Shown in pieces: positions 12,870 through 25,203 of a stretch of 64,000 nt of DNA. The number at the start of each line of letters is the position of its first letter. The stretch's first letter is position 1. The DNA is from Ophelia neglecta (taxonomy: Eukaryota). Location: contig OZ260663.1 of the NCBI GenBank assembly GCA_965285935.1, positions 56,358,001 to 56,422,000 on the forward strand. The letters run 5' to 3'. Made by a program: the position numbers and the translations under genes. The notes beneath the pieces are model-generated. The model was not told where the DNA came from, did not search any database, and worked only from the letters and a program-made list of their open reading frames with translations.

Positions 12870-15800
12870 ATGAAAAGTGGCGGTATTATTACCAGCCATG
12901 GACCACCAGCGAACAATATCCTGCAGAGAAAGCAAATCACAGACGTTGATGATGTTACTAATCGTAAAATAGCAGCTGACAAAGGGAGAAAACAAGATCC
13001 TTCTGGGAGTTCGGTGGGATTTGCTAATCCGGCGTTCGACGGAAAAGTTGCTGAAAGAAATTCGATAGGCCTAGAAATAGAGTCTGAACTATGCCTAGCA
13101 CCAATCGGCGTTTTAGCTGATGCCGAAAAGTAAGCATTGTTTTATTGTGCAAGTTTCTGTTGATTTTAACGTATTGGCTATTTTAAAAAATATTCTATTT
13201 CCCTAGTTGTGAAGACTTCCTCAGGTCAAACATAGTTTAAGATTCGCTATAATTTCTTAATAGAAATGTCAACTTTTAATGATTGACAAATTAAACTGTC
13301 AAATATAGGTATGAACATTACTTTTAACTGTCTGTAGTCAAGATGAAAAGAACAAAGGGGTAGAACTGAGCAAGGAGGATGCGACTTGGCTGACATGGGT
13401 CACCAAGCAGTTTATAACTATAGCCGGGGAGGACCAACAGATAGACATGGACGAGTTCAAAACCGCGCTAGGAGTCAAAAAGGTTAAGCTTTTTAAAAAA
13501 TACTTTAGCTGAACAAATAAGCAGAATTACATTAATCCCACAGGCACACCGTTCGTCACAATAAAGCATTGTCTTAGTCCACCATACAGGACATGTTTTA
13601 ATATATTTTCATAACACAAACCACACTAAATCGACTGCCTGTACATGTTATTGAACCCGGCTTTCGTTACGATAATGAAGAATTAATGTTAAAAACTTAT
13701 AAATATCACTCAGAGTGTTTTGAATATTTGCAGTCTTTCTTCGCGGAGAGGTTTTTCATGCTGTTTGACGAGGACGGGGGAGGCACTATAGACCTGTCAG
13801 AAATGATGGCTGGTCTTGTTAAACTGACTCGAGGGACGCCCAAGGACAAACTCAAATTCCTATTTGATGTTTACGATGTTGATGGTTAGAAAAGCTTTCT
13901 TTTGTCACGCGGCTTTTAAGCACTATTTATGCCATTACACAGCTGCATCTATCTATTATATCTCGTCCATTACGAACAGGAAGCATGAAAAAATTGCAGA
14001 ATGCGTGCGCATTTCATCAACAAGGTGACAGAATGATAGCATTCGAAACAAATGTAGTGTGCGGCAAGGGAGAAATATAGTATCAAGCTTTTAATAATAC
14101 ATAAAAATTGCATTTTATCATATTTGGTTCTTTCAAGTCATTACATTATGTTCCCGCCGCGCCATAATTCCAATAAATCGGCAAAAAAAGGTGACTCAAG
14201 AGTTGTTAATATTTTATAACATTCCCGCCTTATTTAGTCAACTCTCATTCGAGACACTTGCAGTGTTCCGAATTCCGCATTTATCCAGTACGAAAAAGGA
14301 AGAGTGGAAATTTTTGATTTGCCTTGCTTTCCGAACGAGAGTGTCGACAAAGGACATCATAAAAATATGCGCAAGCAGTATGTGTCCATATTGTGCTATA
14401 CAGCTGGGCATGACTATAGGATAAATCTCATTTAAGACATAGCCTATAACAATCTCATTTTCATCACAAGATTTCACAAAACAGGATTCTCACTACGCTC
14501 GTATTTCTGGCACGTTTACAAACACGAGTGGGAACCTGACAAAAAAATATCTCTGATCAAGTATAGTCCATTTAATGGAATCGAAATCATCAAAAACCAT
14601 CAGCTTCAGGTCCACAAACATCAGCCCAGCCCGTTAAATAACTGCATGTATAAGTAAACTGGTAACGAATCAGTTATAAACATTGATATCACATGCAGTT
14701 ACAATAAGTCAACAGTTGTCGATAGGGCGAGTTAGAGCATTCAACAAGCGAGTCAGTGACCAGCGTAAACATTGATGAAATATACCCCAGGTGAACCTAT
14801 CATGGACTAAGCTGTCCATAAGAATACGGATGAATTTATCTCGAAAACAAAGACCATAGAAGGGTGTAAAAGGTCCCCACAAACTTAGGAAAATATTATT
14901 ATATAAAATCTTGATGGTGCAATCAAAATGTCATCTGTATATAAAGTGAATTAGACACGTTTTTGTTGAAGTGAGAAAATTAGACTGATTAACTATACAA
15001 AAGAGCTTCACAATTTTCTCCAGTGTTGGGTTAATGAACACCTTGTTCCGGAACGAAGGAACCTCATATTGAAAGCCTGGGAGCTTACCTAGAATTTCTA
15101 AGGACAAACGGGAGTCTAATCTTTGCTAGGAAAACTGAAACGCCAAGTTGATCAGGATATTGTGTGATGAAGAACTTAAAGGATTTCAATGTCATGCTGA
15201 TATTGCAACGTCAATATTGACCAGACCAGGTCCGAATGTACCAGTTTTAAAAGCACATTTAGCATACACACATATATATATATAAGTAACCTCCATACTT
15301 TGAAACAGTGTGTCGTGCCATTCTAGAAACATAGATGAAAGGAGAAATGCTGTGAGAAATGTTTCCTCATTTTTTGCAACCTCAATTGGCCAGACCAGGT
15401 CCAAATGCACCGTTTTAAATACACATTTAGCCAATTTAGGGAAGGTATCTCTGTACTTTAAAATTAAGACCGTCGGTCATTTACATTTCTGGAATCACCC
15501 GTTTGTATAGATTTATCTATAAATCTACCATTTTTTGTTTAAGCCAATTCTCCTGTCTCTTGCAGGAAGTGGGGAAATCGACGCAGATGAGTTGAAAACG
15601 GTTCTGTCTTCTTGTATGGAGGAAAGCTCTTTGAAATTGAGCGATGAAGTGCTAGAAAAGTTGACCTTGGCACTATTTGAATCAGCAGATAAAGATAACT
15701 CTGGTGATATATCGTTTGAGGAATTAGTCGTTGAGCTGGAAAGACATCCAGGGGTAATGGATAATCTTACGATGAGGTTAGTCTTTAAGTCTTTGTCAGA

Positions 15801-18800
15801 AGTACATTGTAATTCCAGAAAGCCCACTAGTGCTCTTCCAGTGTACATTATTCATATCCCCCTGGCCGGAAGATTCCCATGGATAGACTCGCCCTACTGC
15901 TCATCTGGCTTCTCCTACTGCTCTTTATTATATGTGTTCCCAGGTCTTGGTATAGGCCTCCAGGCTTATCGCGTCCAAGTACAATTTTGCGTCCGGGAGC
16001 CATTCAACCCAGGGCCCTTTATACTCGGGGCTCGAGCATGATAATATCCTGAGGAGAGGGGGAGGAGGAGGAAGGGGGTGGGGGTCTAACACAATTATCC
16101 GGAAAGTCTCACTATCGTTGGTAAAGATTCAGTGTGCAAGATCAAGCTATATAGGCCTATACAATGTCATGTTCACCTTGCAGCGCTGCATCCTGGTTGA
16201 AACCTCCTTCCACGAAAAAGAAAAGCTGGCGGATCCCAGGGGCTGAATATTTTACAAAGAGCTATATTGTTAATAATATGCGATGGCTCAGCACCATCAC
16301 TACTTATTTCTCGATCAATGTGGCTCTCTTTGTGATCAATGCGTATCGATATAGGAAGTTCAATTGGTGTGTGGTGATCGCCAGGGGTTGTGGCATGTGT
16401 CTCAACTTCAACTGTACATTTATTGTAACCCTTATGTTTCGTTACCTTATCTCGTGGATGAGAACCACCAGGGCGGCGCTCATACTGCCGTTGGATAATA
16501 ATGTCTACATGCACAAACTGGTCGGCTTCGCCATTGCCTTCTTCAGCTTTGTCCACACGGTTGCCCATCTAGGAAACCTAGGTTAGTGGCACACTGGTCA
16601 TCATTATAATATGTGAAAGTCTATTAGACCTAAACTTATCAAGACACAATTTGCGGGGCTATATAGCACATGATCCGTATTAAGAAATGTTTGGATACAT
16701 TTTCATTCTTGTATATTCCACAGCAATAATAACGACTAAAGCTGAACCAGATGTATCTACAACCCCTCCGAACTGGACGGAGGTTACTGCGAATGCTACC
16801 TCATCAAGCTGGCCCAGTTCGGAATCCATGACCTCCAGCACAATAACCCAATCCCCTCTGACCCCTGATCTGAATCTAGCATACTGGGAGTTCCTATTCA
16901 CCCTACGCAGCAGGGTCGGCTGGATCGGCCCGGGTTTCGGGTTCCTCTCCGGGGTGATCTTAGATGTCATTCTGATAATCATGGTTGTCTGTTCCATGCC
17001 GTTTGTTCGCCGAGGAGGCTATTTCCAGGTACTTTCTAAATTAATATTTTAGCGAACGAATTAAAATAGAAGGCCTATTGAATCCCTCTTACGGTAGGAA
17101 AACGAAATAATTCACGTCTTTTGTCCGCGATATAAAATCCCCTTGATATGATTAAAACTTAGTAAAGGTAATGGTTTGTACAGATACAGCTGCAGGCACA
17201 ATTGTACATCCAGTTATTAAAACAGCCAATTTAATTTATTTAATTCTACATAGGCCTATACAATTAACAAACTTATTAATTTCTCTGTACCAATGAGTGT
17301 CTTTTGTATTTAACCTATAACACACCACGCAGTGTAAACTCGTGTTGTTTTACGTTTATCGTAATGATATTCTTGATTTTGTAGGTGTTCTACTGGACCC
17401 ATTTCTTGTATTTTGTGTTTTGGATCATCCTGATATTACACGCCCCTCTCTTCATATATTTCTTCGCCCTGCCTGGTTTGGTCTTCCTTGTCGAAAAAGT
17501 GTTCAGGTCACGCTTCATGAAACGCGCAAAGTATGGGAAAATGTACATTACTGAAGCTACTCTCCTACCTTCTAAGGTAAATGCTACTTGCCATTCCTTG
17601 CCTCTAATTCATCACATTGAACAGGGAAGATATGGAAACAATTTGATTATATTTCTGATAGTTCAACAGTTTGGACATCTGGCTGAATGCACGATTTTAC
17701 ATATGCTATAGTTTTATCGTGTCCAGATACATTGTCTTTAAAATAATGGAAATGACTGTAAAGGATAAGTCGATCAAGAGACATGCCGAAAAACGTCAGG
17801 CTGCTTTAAAGGTTCCCTGGCTAGCCGAGTTATTATTCTATGTCCTGTTTCTCGTTGACTTTATCCATTGAAGCGAACGAGTAGAGATTTTCTGAAATTT
17901 CTGACGGGTCCATGTGCAAAATGACCACTTCGGTCATAATGTCGTGCAGTCCGGTGGCTAACCTCATTTGGTCTTTTATTGCGTCTGTGCGGAGCCCCTC
18001 GTTTACGCGGGGACACGTCAAAAATATCTAACATTCACTGACGCCTGACTGCCTCTCATCCCATTTCTACCACACGATAAATATGTGGTTATGAGATTTG
18101 ATAGACACAAACAATATATTAAGGAATACTATTATTGGCGATACATGATATATACTTCAGTCGACTGTGGGGATTTTTTTTACAGGTAACTCATTTGGTG
18201 ATATCTCGACCTGAAAATCTCAGATATAAACCTGGCGATTACATCTTCATAAACATTCCCGCCATTGCATCACAGGAATGGCATCCTTTTACTATAAGTA
18301 GCGCCCCCGAAATGAAAGGTAGACTATATAGGCCTAAAGCCAGCCCCTTTAGTGCTATTTTTATCAATATACAGTGAAACCTGCCATAAATACCACCTCT
18401 ATAATCAGACCACCTGGCAATTCAGACCACTAATATGAGGACCGTAATATATACTTTCAATGTGAAATAACCCGTCTAAACAGAACACCTCTGAAATGAG
18501 ACCAGTATTTTCCAGTCCCTTTGGTGGTCTTAATTCACAGTTTTCACTGTATATCTATAGGTGTATAATTATGTTTCTAATGTGCGCGGAAAAATTAACC
18601 ATCGCCAAAACACATTCATGTTCATGAAGATAAGACCCAACTGATGCAAACGTATTAGTGCTTTCACATTATCAGATGTCCGTAATTCTTCAACGATGCT
18701 TTCTTACTCTCTATTGGAAAAAACCAAGGTACATGTATTACAAAATTAAATGAAGTTATTTCATTAATAATTTTCTATGGCATTGCATGCAGATTCCATT

Positions 18801-21512
18801 TGGCTTCACATCAGAGCCGTTGGACATTGGACCAGCAAACTGTACGAGTTCTTCGAAGGGATCGAGTTAACCAACAACGCCTGTAGCATAGAGAACGGTC
18901 ATGGTCAAGTAGCTACTACTTCTCAGGTTAGTAAATGTGCAAGCATTGCCAAGAAAACAGAATACCATGTTATTAGGCCCTATATATAGCTGTCGTATCA
19001 TTGAGTAAAATGACCACAATTAGAAAAAACTTAATATGATAGTGATTTCGTTACGCCTCTCCCTTAGTAGACCTACATGAGGTGATGAATGTACAATTTT
19101 AGAATAAAACTGACGCGGTAATCATTGCACGCGTAGCCCTTAAACACGAGACCGCTTTTTGTTTAAATTTTTTAAACCATGCACTCAATGAAATATGATA
19201 CTAGGTAATTTATGTCTCATCCTTTCACCCTTTCTTATGAGCAGGGGGACAAGACGGGTAAAACCATATCTTGCCAGGTGAAGGTGGCGTTCGACGGGCC
19301 ATTTGGCACCCCCACTCGGGAGATCTTCGAGACCGAGCATGCTGTTCTGATTGGGTCCGGTATTGGCGTTACTCCTTTCGCTTCAATATTGCAAAGCATA
19401 ATGCACAGATTCCATGCTTCTCGCATTGACTGTCCCAAATGTCAACATCACTGGTTTGGAGACATACCGGAAGATATTATGAAGTTGAAAAAGGTACAAG
19501 TAGACATTTCTCTTTTTTTTATTCAACACACATATTCAATGTTACACTTGAGGAGGTAGATGCCTTTATTTCAAGATTTGTACATGTAGACCTATATGGG
19601 GATATCTTTTTGGAATGACTCCTTAACCCTAATGGCATTTCTCAAGGGTCCTGACCCCAAGCCATGCATAAAACCCACTTTTTTTTACTTAAAGTTTGTT
19701 TTAAATATTATTTTATTTTACAGTTTTGTTCCTAACTGTCACGAAGTAACTTGATGTGGCCCTAATTCAGTAATTTACAAAAAAAAAGAGTCACCGAGGA
19801 ATTTTGTTCAACAATTAACTTATGTTGTGGAGAGGAAATAAATGAGCCGTGAAACAGCTGGTTTTGAGTATATAACTTGTTCTATGTAGATCAGCTTTTA
19901 CCAAAATAGCACGCTGAACCATTGTGTTATTTCTCCAGCTAGTCATCTAAACTTTTGCCCGGACTCTTGTAATACAGGACATCTACTTTGTCAGAGCCCA
20001 CGTAAAGACCTCGGATCTTTTGTAACAGAAAGCCTAACATGGCTTGTTACTTTAAACATTATTATGTTAAATACCAAATATAGGCCTAGATAAACTAGCT
20101 TGAAAAGTCTTGCCATACAACACCTTGAGCCGCAGGACCAATATTTTTTGCCCAGTCAGGCACTTATTACAAAGTCTATGTGCACTGCCCTGTTTGTTTG
20201 GCGCTGCTGCTCTTGGTGTGCACGTCATGGAAGAGACGTGTCTTACATTTACATTAGGCCTATCTAAGGAAACCGGACTTGCACAATCGTTTAAATAATC
20301 CGAAAAAATCCAGTTGCCAGAGAAAATGCGTTCCGTTAGTCACCTTAAGGCTATTTCCTAAACTGATGTTACAAAATGGAATGTGGGATAGAAAGAGGTG
20401 AATTCAAATTTCTTTAAGCGACCATACCTTCCCCTCCATTTTCGTTGACTATGCTCATTCTATTGTTCTCTCGCAGCGCCGATAGCGTAGCGGTGAATAC
20501 ATGTAGCCTACATATAGGCCTATACGAATAAATATTTTAAAACAATAGTTTTGTTGTAGGTGGATTTTATCTGGATCAATCGGTCTCAGAACTCGTTCGA
20601 GTGGTTTCTCTCTTTGCTGTCTAGTTTGGAGGATCAACAAGACGAAAATGAAGACCTATTTCTAGAGATGCAAAATTTTATGACTGCAGCCGCTGCCAAA
20701 AATGAGATGAAAGGAATGGGTCTACAGATGGCGCTCGACATTGTTTATGATAAGACCGGTCGTGATGTCATTACAGGATTAAAAACCAAGACACATCCTG
20801 GAAGACCAAACTGGCACAAAGTAAGTTGTAAGAAATCTTGAAATACAAGTTTTTATATAGTGCATGTATCACTTTAGTATTGTGCAATCTTATGTCTATA
20901 GTCACAGATAATGGACATGTATCACAGAAGGTTATTATAGGTCGAGTTATCGGTTGTGGCACTAGTTACCCTAGAGTACCTCAAGGAACTGTATTGGGCC
21001 CAATATTGTTTTTGTCTATACATTAATGTTCTTCGCGAGAACGGCATATTCGTTGTCGGTCTTTTTGCTGATGAGAACATCATGTATAGTGGACTTAACA
21101 ATCTGGACAGTTGTAGAGCAATCTAGGATCGAACACCTATAGGGCCTGGAGTGATGGGAGTAGCAGTGGCTAATGGCGTTTAATACAATCAAGTATTATC
21201 TGCCGAGCTTTCCACCCAGTAGAAAACCAGTTTAATTTGAATACATTTTACTCTGACTAGATGGCTGACTATGTTATATCAATGAAGCTCTGCCCATGCT
21301 AACTATATATCTTTTACCAGTTGCTGCTTTGATTCATATACATGTCCTTAGTCCAAACTAACCTTGTTCTCTGCTTGCAGGTGTTTTCCAAAGTTGATGC
21401 AACAAAGAAGGGAAAAGTTAAGGTATTTTTTTGCGGGTCTCCTATCTTGGCCAAGACATTGAAATATCACTGCGAACAATTTAACTTTACATTTTGCAAG
21501 GAGAGCTTTTAA
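12870..21512 (+). CDS. NOX5: NADPH oxidase 5 (EF-hand, Ca2+-activated), ~856 aa
   Basis: Exons 12870-13129, 13338-13482, 13734-13884, 15566-15776, 16184-16581, 16724-17028, 17385-17576, 18186-18318, 18793-18926, 19245-19493, 20560-20820, 21381-21512 (2571 nt, in frame). EDATWLTWVTKQFITIAGED N-terminus, EF-hands DEDGGGTIDLSE / DVDGSGEIDADE / DKDNSGDISFEE, heme His pairs (MHKLVG..VHTVAH; THFLY..ILH), FAD motif HPFTISSAP, NADPH motif GSGIGVTPF, CPKCQHHW, VFFCGS, C-terminal KESF*. No peroxidase domain, so not DUOX. Exon 1 start is less certain. Confidence 0.96.
15203..15432. repeat. Imperfect ~60-bp direct repeat in NOX5 intron 3
   Basis: ttgcaac.tcaat..ccagaccaggtcc.aatg.acc..ttttaaa..cacatttagc at ~15203-15262 and ~15374-15432. 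Confidence 0.75.
18372..18549. mobile_element. MITE, Tc1/mariner/pogo-type non-autonomous DNA transposon (178 bp)
   Basis: TIRs CAGTGAAACCTG..CAGTTTTCACTG (11/12) flanked by TA; internal GACCAC(CT) repeats; same terminal sequence as the 8321 element. Confidence 0.85.
20900..21200 (+). mobile_element. Decayed non-LTR retrotransposon (CR1/L2-type) reverse transcriptase fragment
   Basis: With frameshifts and stops it reads VPQGTVLGPILFL / YINVL..GLFADENIMY (degenerate FADD box) / LE*WE*QWLMAFN, the typical CR1-clade RT motif order; in NOX5 intron 11. Confidence 0.8.
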
Positions 21513-21669
21513 AATGGCTTTCCTTTCCTTTGATGATGTTCAAAAACAAAAACCGGCATTAACACATTTATGTGAAATTATATTGCTTTTCTTCAGTCTT
21601 CCAATGTAAAACCAAAATGCTCAATCTATGCTCTTACTGACAGTGCAATTAGTTAAAGGGCAAATGTGC

Positions 21670-21705
21670 AATAAATTTATCTTATTTCATAATACAATAA
21701 ATAAA
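21670..21705 (+). promoter_or_regulatory. Cluster of candidate polyadenylation signals for NOX5
   Basis: AATAAA at 21670 and overlapping copies at ~21696-21705, 160-190 nt after the stop. Confidence 0.55.
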
Positions 21706-24233
21706 AGGTTTTCCAAAGATAAAATAAACTTTATACTTGGTAATAGTTTATTCATTTGTAAATAGTATAATTTCTACAAAAAAAAATTCACATTGAATAT
21801 TAGTTGAATAAAGCTTACAAGTTTTCTGCCAGGGAATTGTCAAACATTATGTTGGAATTATTAAAATATGACAGAGATTGGTGAACGAGATGAATGTACA
21901 GAAATCACAATACAAAATGTGTATAGATTTTATGGATAAAATGATTATGTATATCCCTGACAAGCAAGCATGCACATGTTGACAGGCTGGCTAAAATTAA
22001 GGGCAACTAGCAGTTGTAACTGCAATTTGATAACAAACATACGGTAAAACAGATTTTACTTTGGTTTCTAATAATGCGTACTGATATTTGTAATGCTTTT
22101 TTTTAAATAATGGACAAGTGATTTATTTGCACCATACTTTTTACCTTGTTTATCACTGGCAATCTACACAGCACACTGGCTTGTAACAATGGCTTAGCTG
22201 CATACTTTACTACATATATTCAATAAGTAATCATCAAGTCAATAGCTAAAAGCATGGGCTGAAATTTGGTATCAATAAACGGAAAGAATTACAAACTCTT
22301 TCTTAGATTAATCATGTTGTCCAAGTTGGCAAAATTAAACAATGGTTTTAGTACAAACACAAACAATGTGTTAACACTTAAATACACATTTATACATTGA
22401 AAACGTAAACCATGAACAGATGTGCGTTGATCGGTGTCACCACTATTACCACACAGTCAACAATTCTCTTACTGGACACTACAGTATTCAGTCCTCAGCA
22501 GTATTATCAAATTCTGATCTTTATATTTTATGGTACATTAAGTACATTGCTCTTATTCAATTTTGCCCATCAATCTTATGTAAATGCAGTGGTTACCAAC
22601 ACATTGCACAACATCAAAATATTAAAATCATATTCAACTGTACAACACAGTTCCTCAAATAACAGCATATAACCTCAGGACACATTTATCACTTTGAAAA
22701 ATCAACAAAAATCATCACTTTAAATGAGAAAGAAAATTTGATAACTAGTTTACTTGCTTCACAAGTATATCACGCATACAATTCTTCTTTCAAATGACAC
22801 CATACCACCAGAACATCGAACATTTGCGATGTGACACTGAGGAATGACCGACTAGTTAAAAGTGTTTTATCAATGCGCCTTTTCTATACAAAATTTCTAA
22901 ACACTAAAAATGACAAGGTATTTATTAAATGCCCTCTGTTATGCTAGTAATTCATTACTGCTATAATAGCAAGTAATTGCACATTTTTCTTGTGACACAA
23001 AACATGGACTTTCATTTTCATAAAAAGTAATGGCACAGAAAAAATTACTGCAAATTCTACATAGATTTATATTTGTCTGGAATACAATTTGACTATCAAC
23101 AACCTCAGCAATGTGTACAAATATATAATATATTTATATGTATAAGATAATTTACGGACAACATACAAAACAATCTTTGATGCCAATTAATTTTGGAAAA
23201 ATTAATGCATCCAGTGCATTTTGGGGGGTGGGGGAAAATAACCTACTATATGATAAGAGATCTTATTCAAGTGTGTAGAAGATCCAAACAGATCAGTTAG
23301 GCAAAAGAAAAAAAAGGATGGTTTAATATGTTTTTTTAGTAGAAAAAACAGTTCATCAAGTGTTCCATGAAAAAAGCTTGTCTGAACAGACAGCAACAGC
23401 CTGTGGTAACCACTCCTTGGATCACAGCAAATGTCACAGATAAAATAAACTGAATATCTATTTTCATGAAAACTTTGTTTTGAACAATGAACACTTCACA
23501 TGACCTTTGATTAATATTAATATACATACCAACATGATTTTACATTATCACAAGTATGTTTGACAACACAACAGCTAATGTAGATAATGGTACAACTAGA
23601 TTAACTTTAGTAGTTCTTCATAGAAAGTGCTTGAAGACTTCATCTTTTGGAGAGAAAAACAGCCTTGTTTATAAAATATTAATCACAAGAGATCAGATAT
23701 GGGGAACCTGAGGAATTATTTGAAGTTTATACAGTTTTAGTTCCATTCAGTAGTTTTATTTGGTTTATTTCTAAATTTAATATACCTGTGTTACAAAAAT
23801 ACAGTTCTTTACACCGTCCAATAGGGAAAATAACCTAAGTAGCTTATTCAAGTTCCAATTTAACAAATGGGATCTCATGCATTAAAATATTTACAAAGAG
23901 GTAATGTGTTTATATTTGGATCAAAAGTACTTGGTTTATAGCCAGTCGATGTACTAAGAGTCCCAGTTTTCAGGCTGTAGTGCTAAGAGGCCCAATCATA
24001 AAATAGTAGTACAAGCACTTCCTCAATATCTTTCTATCCACCCACTGACGCCAAGTTTCTGGGATCGTTTTATCATCTGGGTTCCAACTTGTAGTTACAG
24101 TCCATTTGTCATGCATCACCCACATGAAGCTGCCAAAATGTGGTTTCATATCACATCATCCCCCAGTCTTGCTTGCGACGGGATTGTCAGTTATTGTATA
24201 TGTTCTTGACTGATGTTGGTAAAGTAGAGAATA

Positions 24234-24361
24234 TCAATTTAACTTTCGGTTCAAATTAGCCACACATTTTGTAACTTGCAAATATATTTTTCTCTTCCGA
24301 CTGATGGCAACTTCTATTTTCTTTTCACTAGTTGACCGACTGTCCGATGAATTTGTTTTAT
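24234..24361 (-). CDS. Candidate alternative terminal exon of CARMIL
   Basis: Acceptor ttattttcag| at 24361, phase 1 compatible with the 26144 donor; reads DKTNSSDSRSTSEKKIEVAISRKRKIYLQVTKCVANLNRKLN*. Confidence 0.4.
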
Positions 24362-25203
24362 CTGAAAATAAGCCTAAATAAAATAATAAAATGACTGTCT
24401 AAAAATGGAACAAGAAAGACTTAATTAGGGACTAAATTGCACCTCTTTATATTGAAAGCTTAACAGCAAGTAAAGATGATTCATGAACATAACACCCAAG
24501 AAAAGACCAGCCTTCAGTAGGAGTCTAAGAGAACATATCAATATATAAAAGTAATCACATTCTTTAGAAATCCACTTAAATAAACTTAAGATCATGAAAA
24601 AAATATACAAATCACCTTCTTACTGTGTTTACAAAGTACAAGATATTCGAGCAAATTGTAGATATATACAACTTATTAAAATAAACGTACATAATGATTA
24701 TACAGCTAAATAAATGTTTTGTGTAAAATGTATACTGAAAAGACATATATACTCTATGTTCTTGTTATGTAGTACAGCCCAGGCTGACACAACTGTTTTA
24801 CAGTAAGAATACACATGAATTAAGGCTACATTTGCATATAACAAAATATATTTTAAGTATAACTGCAAGATCATTTACATCACTGGTTATGATTTCTGTT
24901 GTGTGTGACACGTGTTATTCTGCTTTTGATTAGTGCTAATATTTCCTATAACACTCTTCTCCATATACTCTTTCACCCTGTTGTGACAGACACTTTTCTT
25001 CTATAATTTAGAGTACACTTTAGCTACACAAAGTTGTTGAGTACAATATAGTAATTGATATTTATATTTTATAATTTTTATTCTGTGTAGACCTACTGCT
25101 AAAACATTCATTTTTCAAAAAATAATATGCAAGATTGTGCATGGACACAATAATATATAAGCAGTGTGTATATACAGTTTAGTGGAAGAATGTAACCTTC
25201 AAG

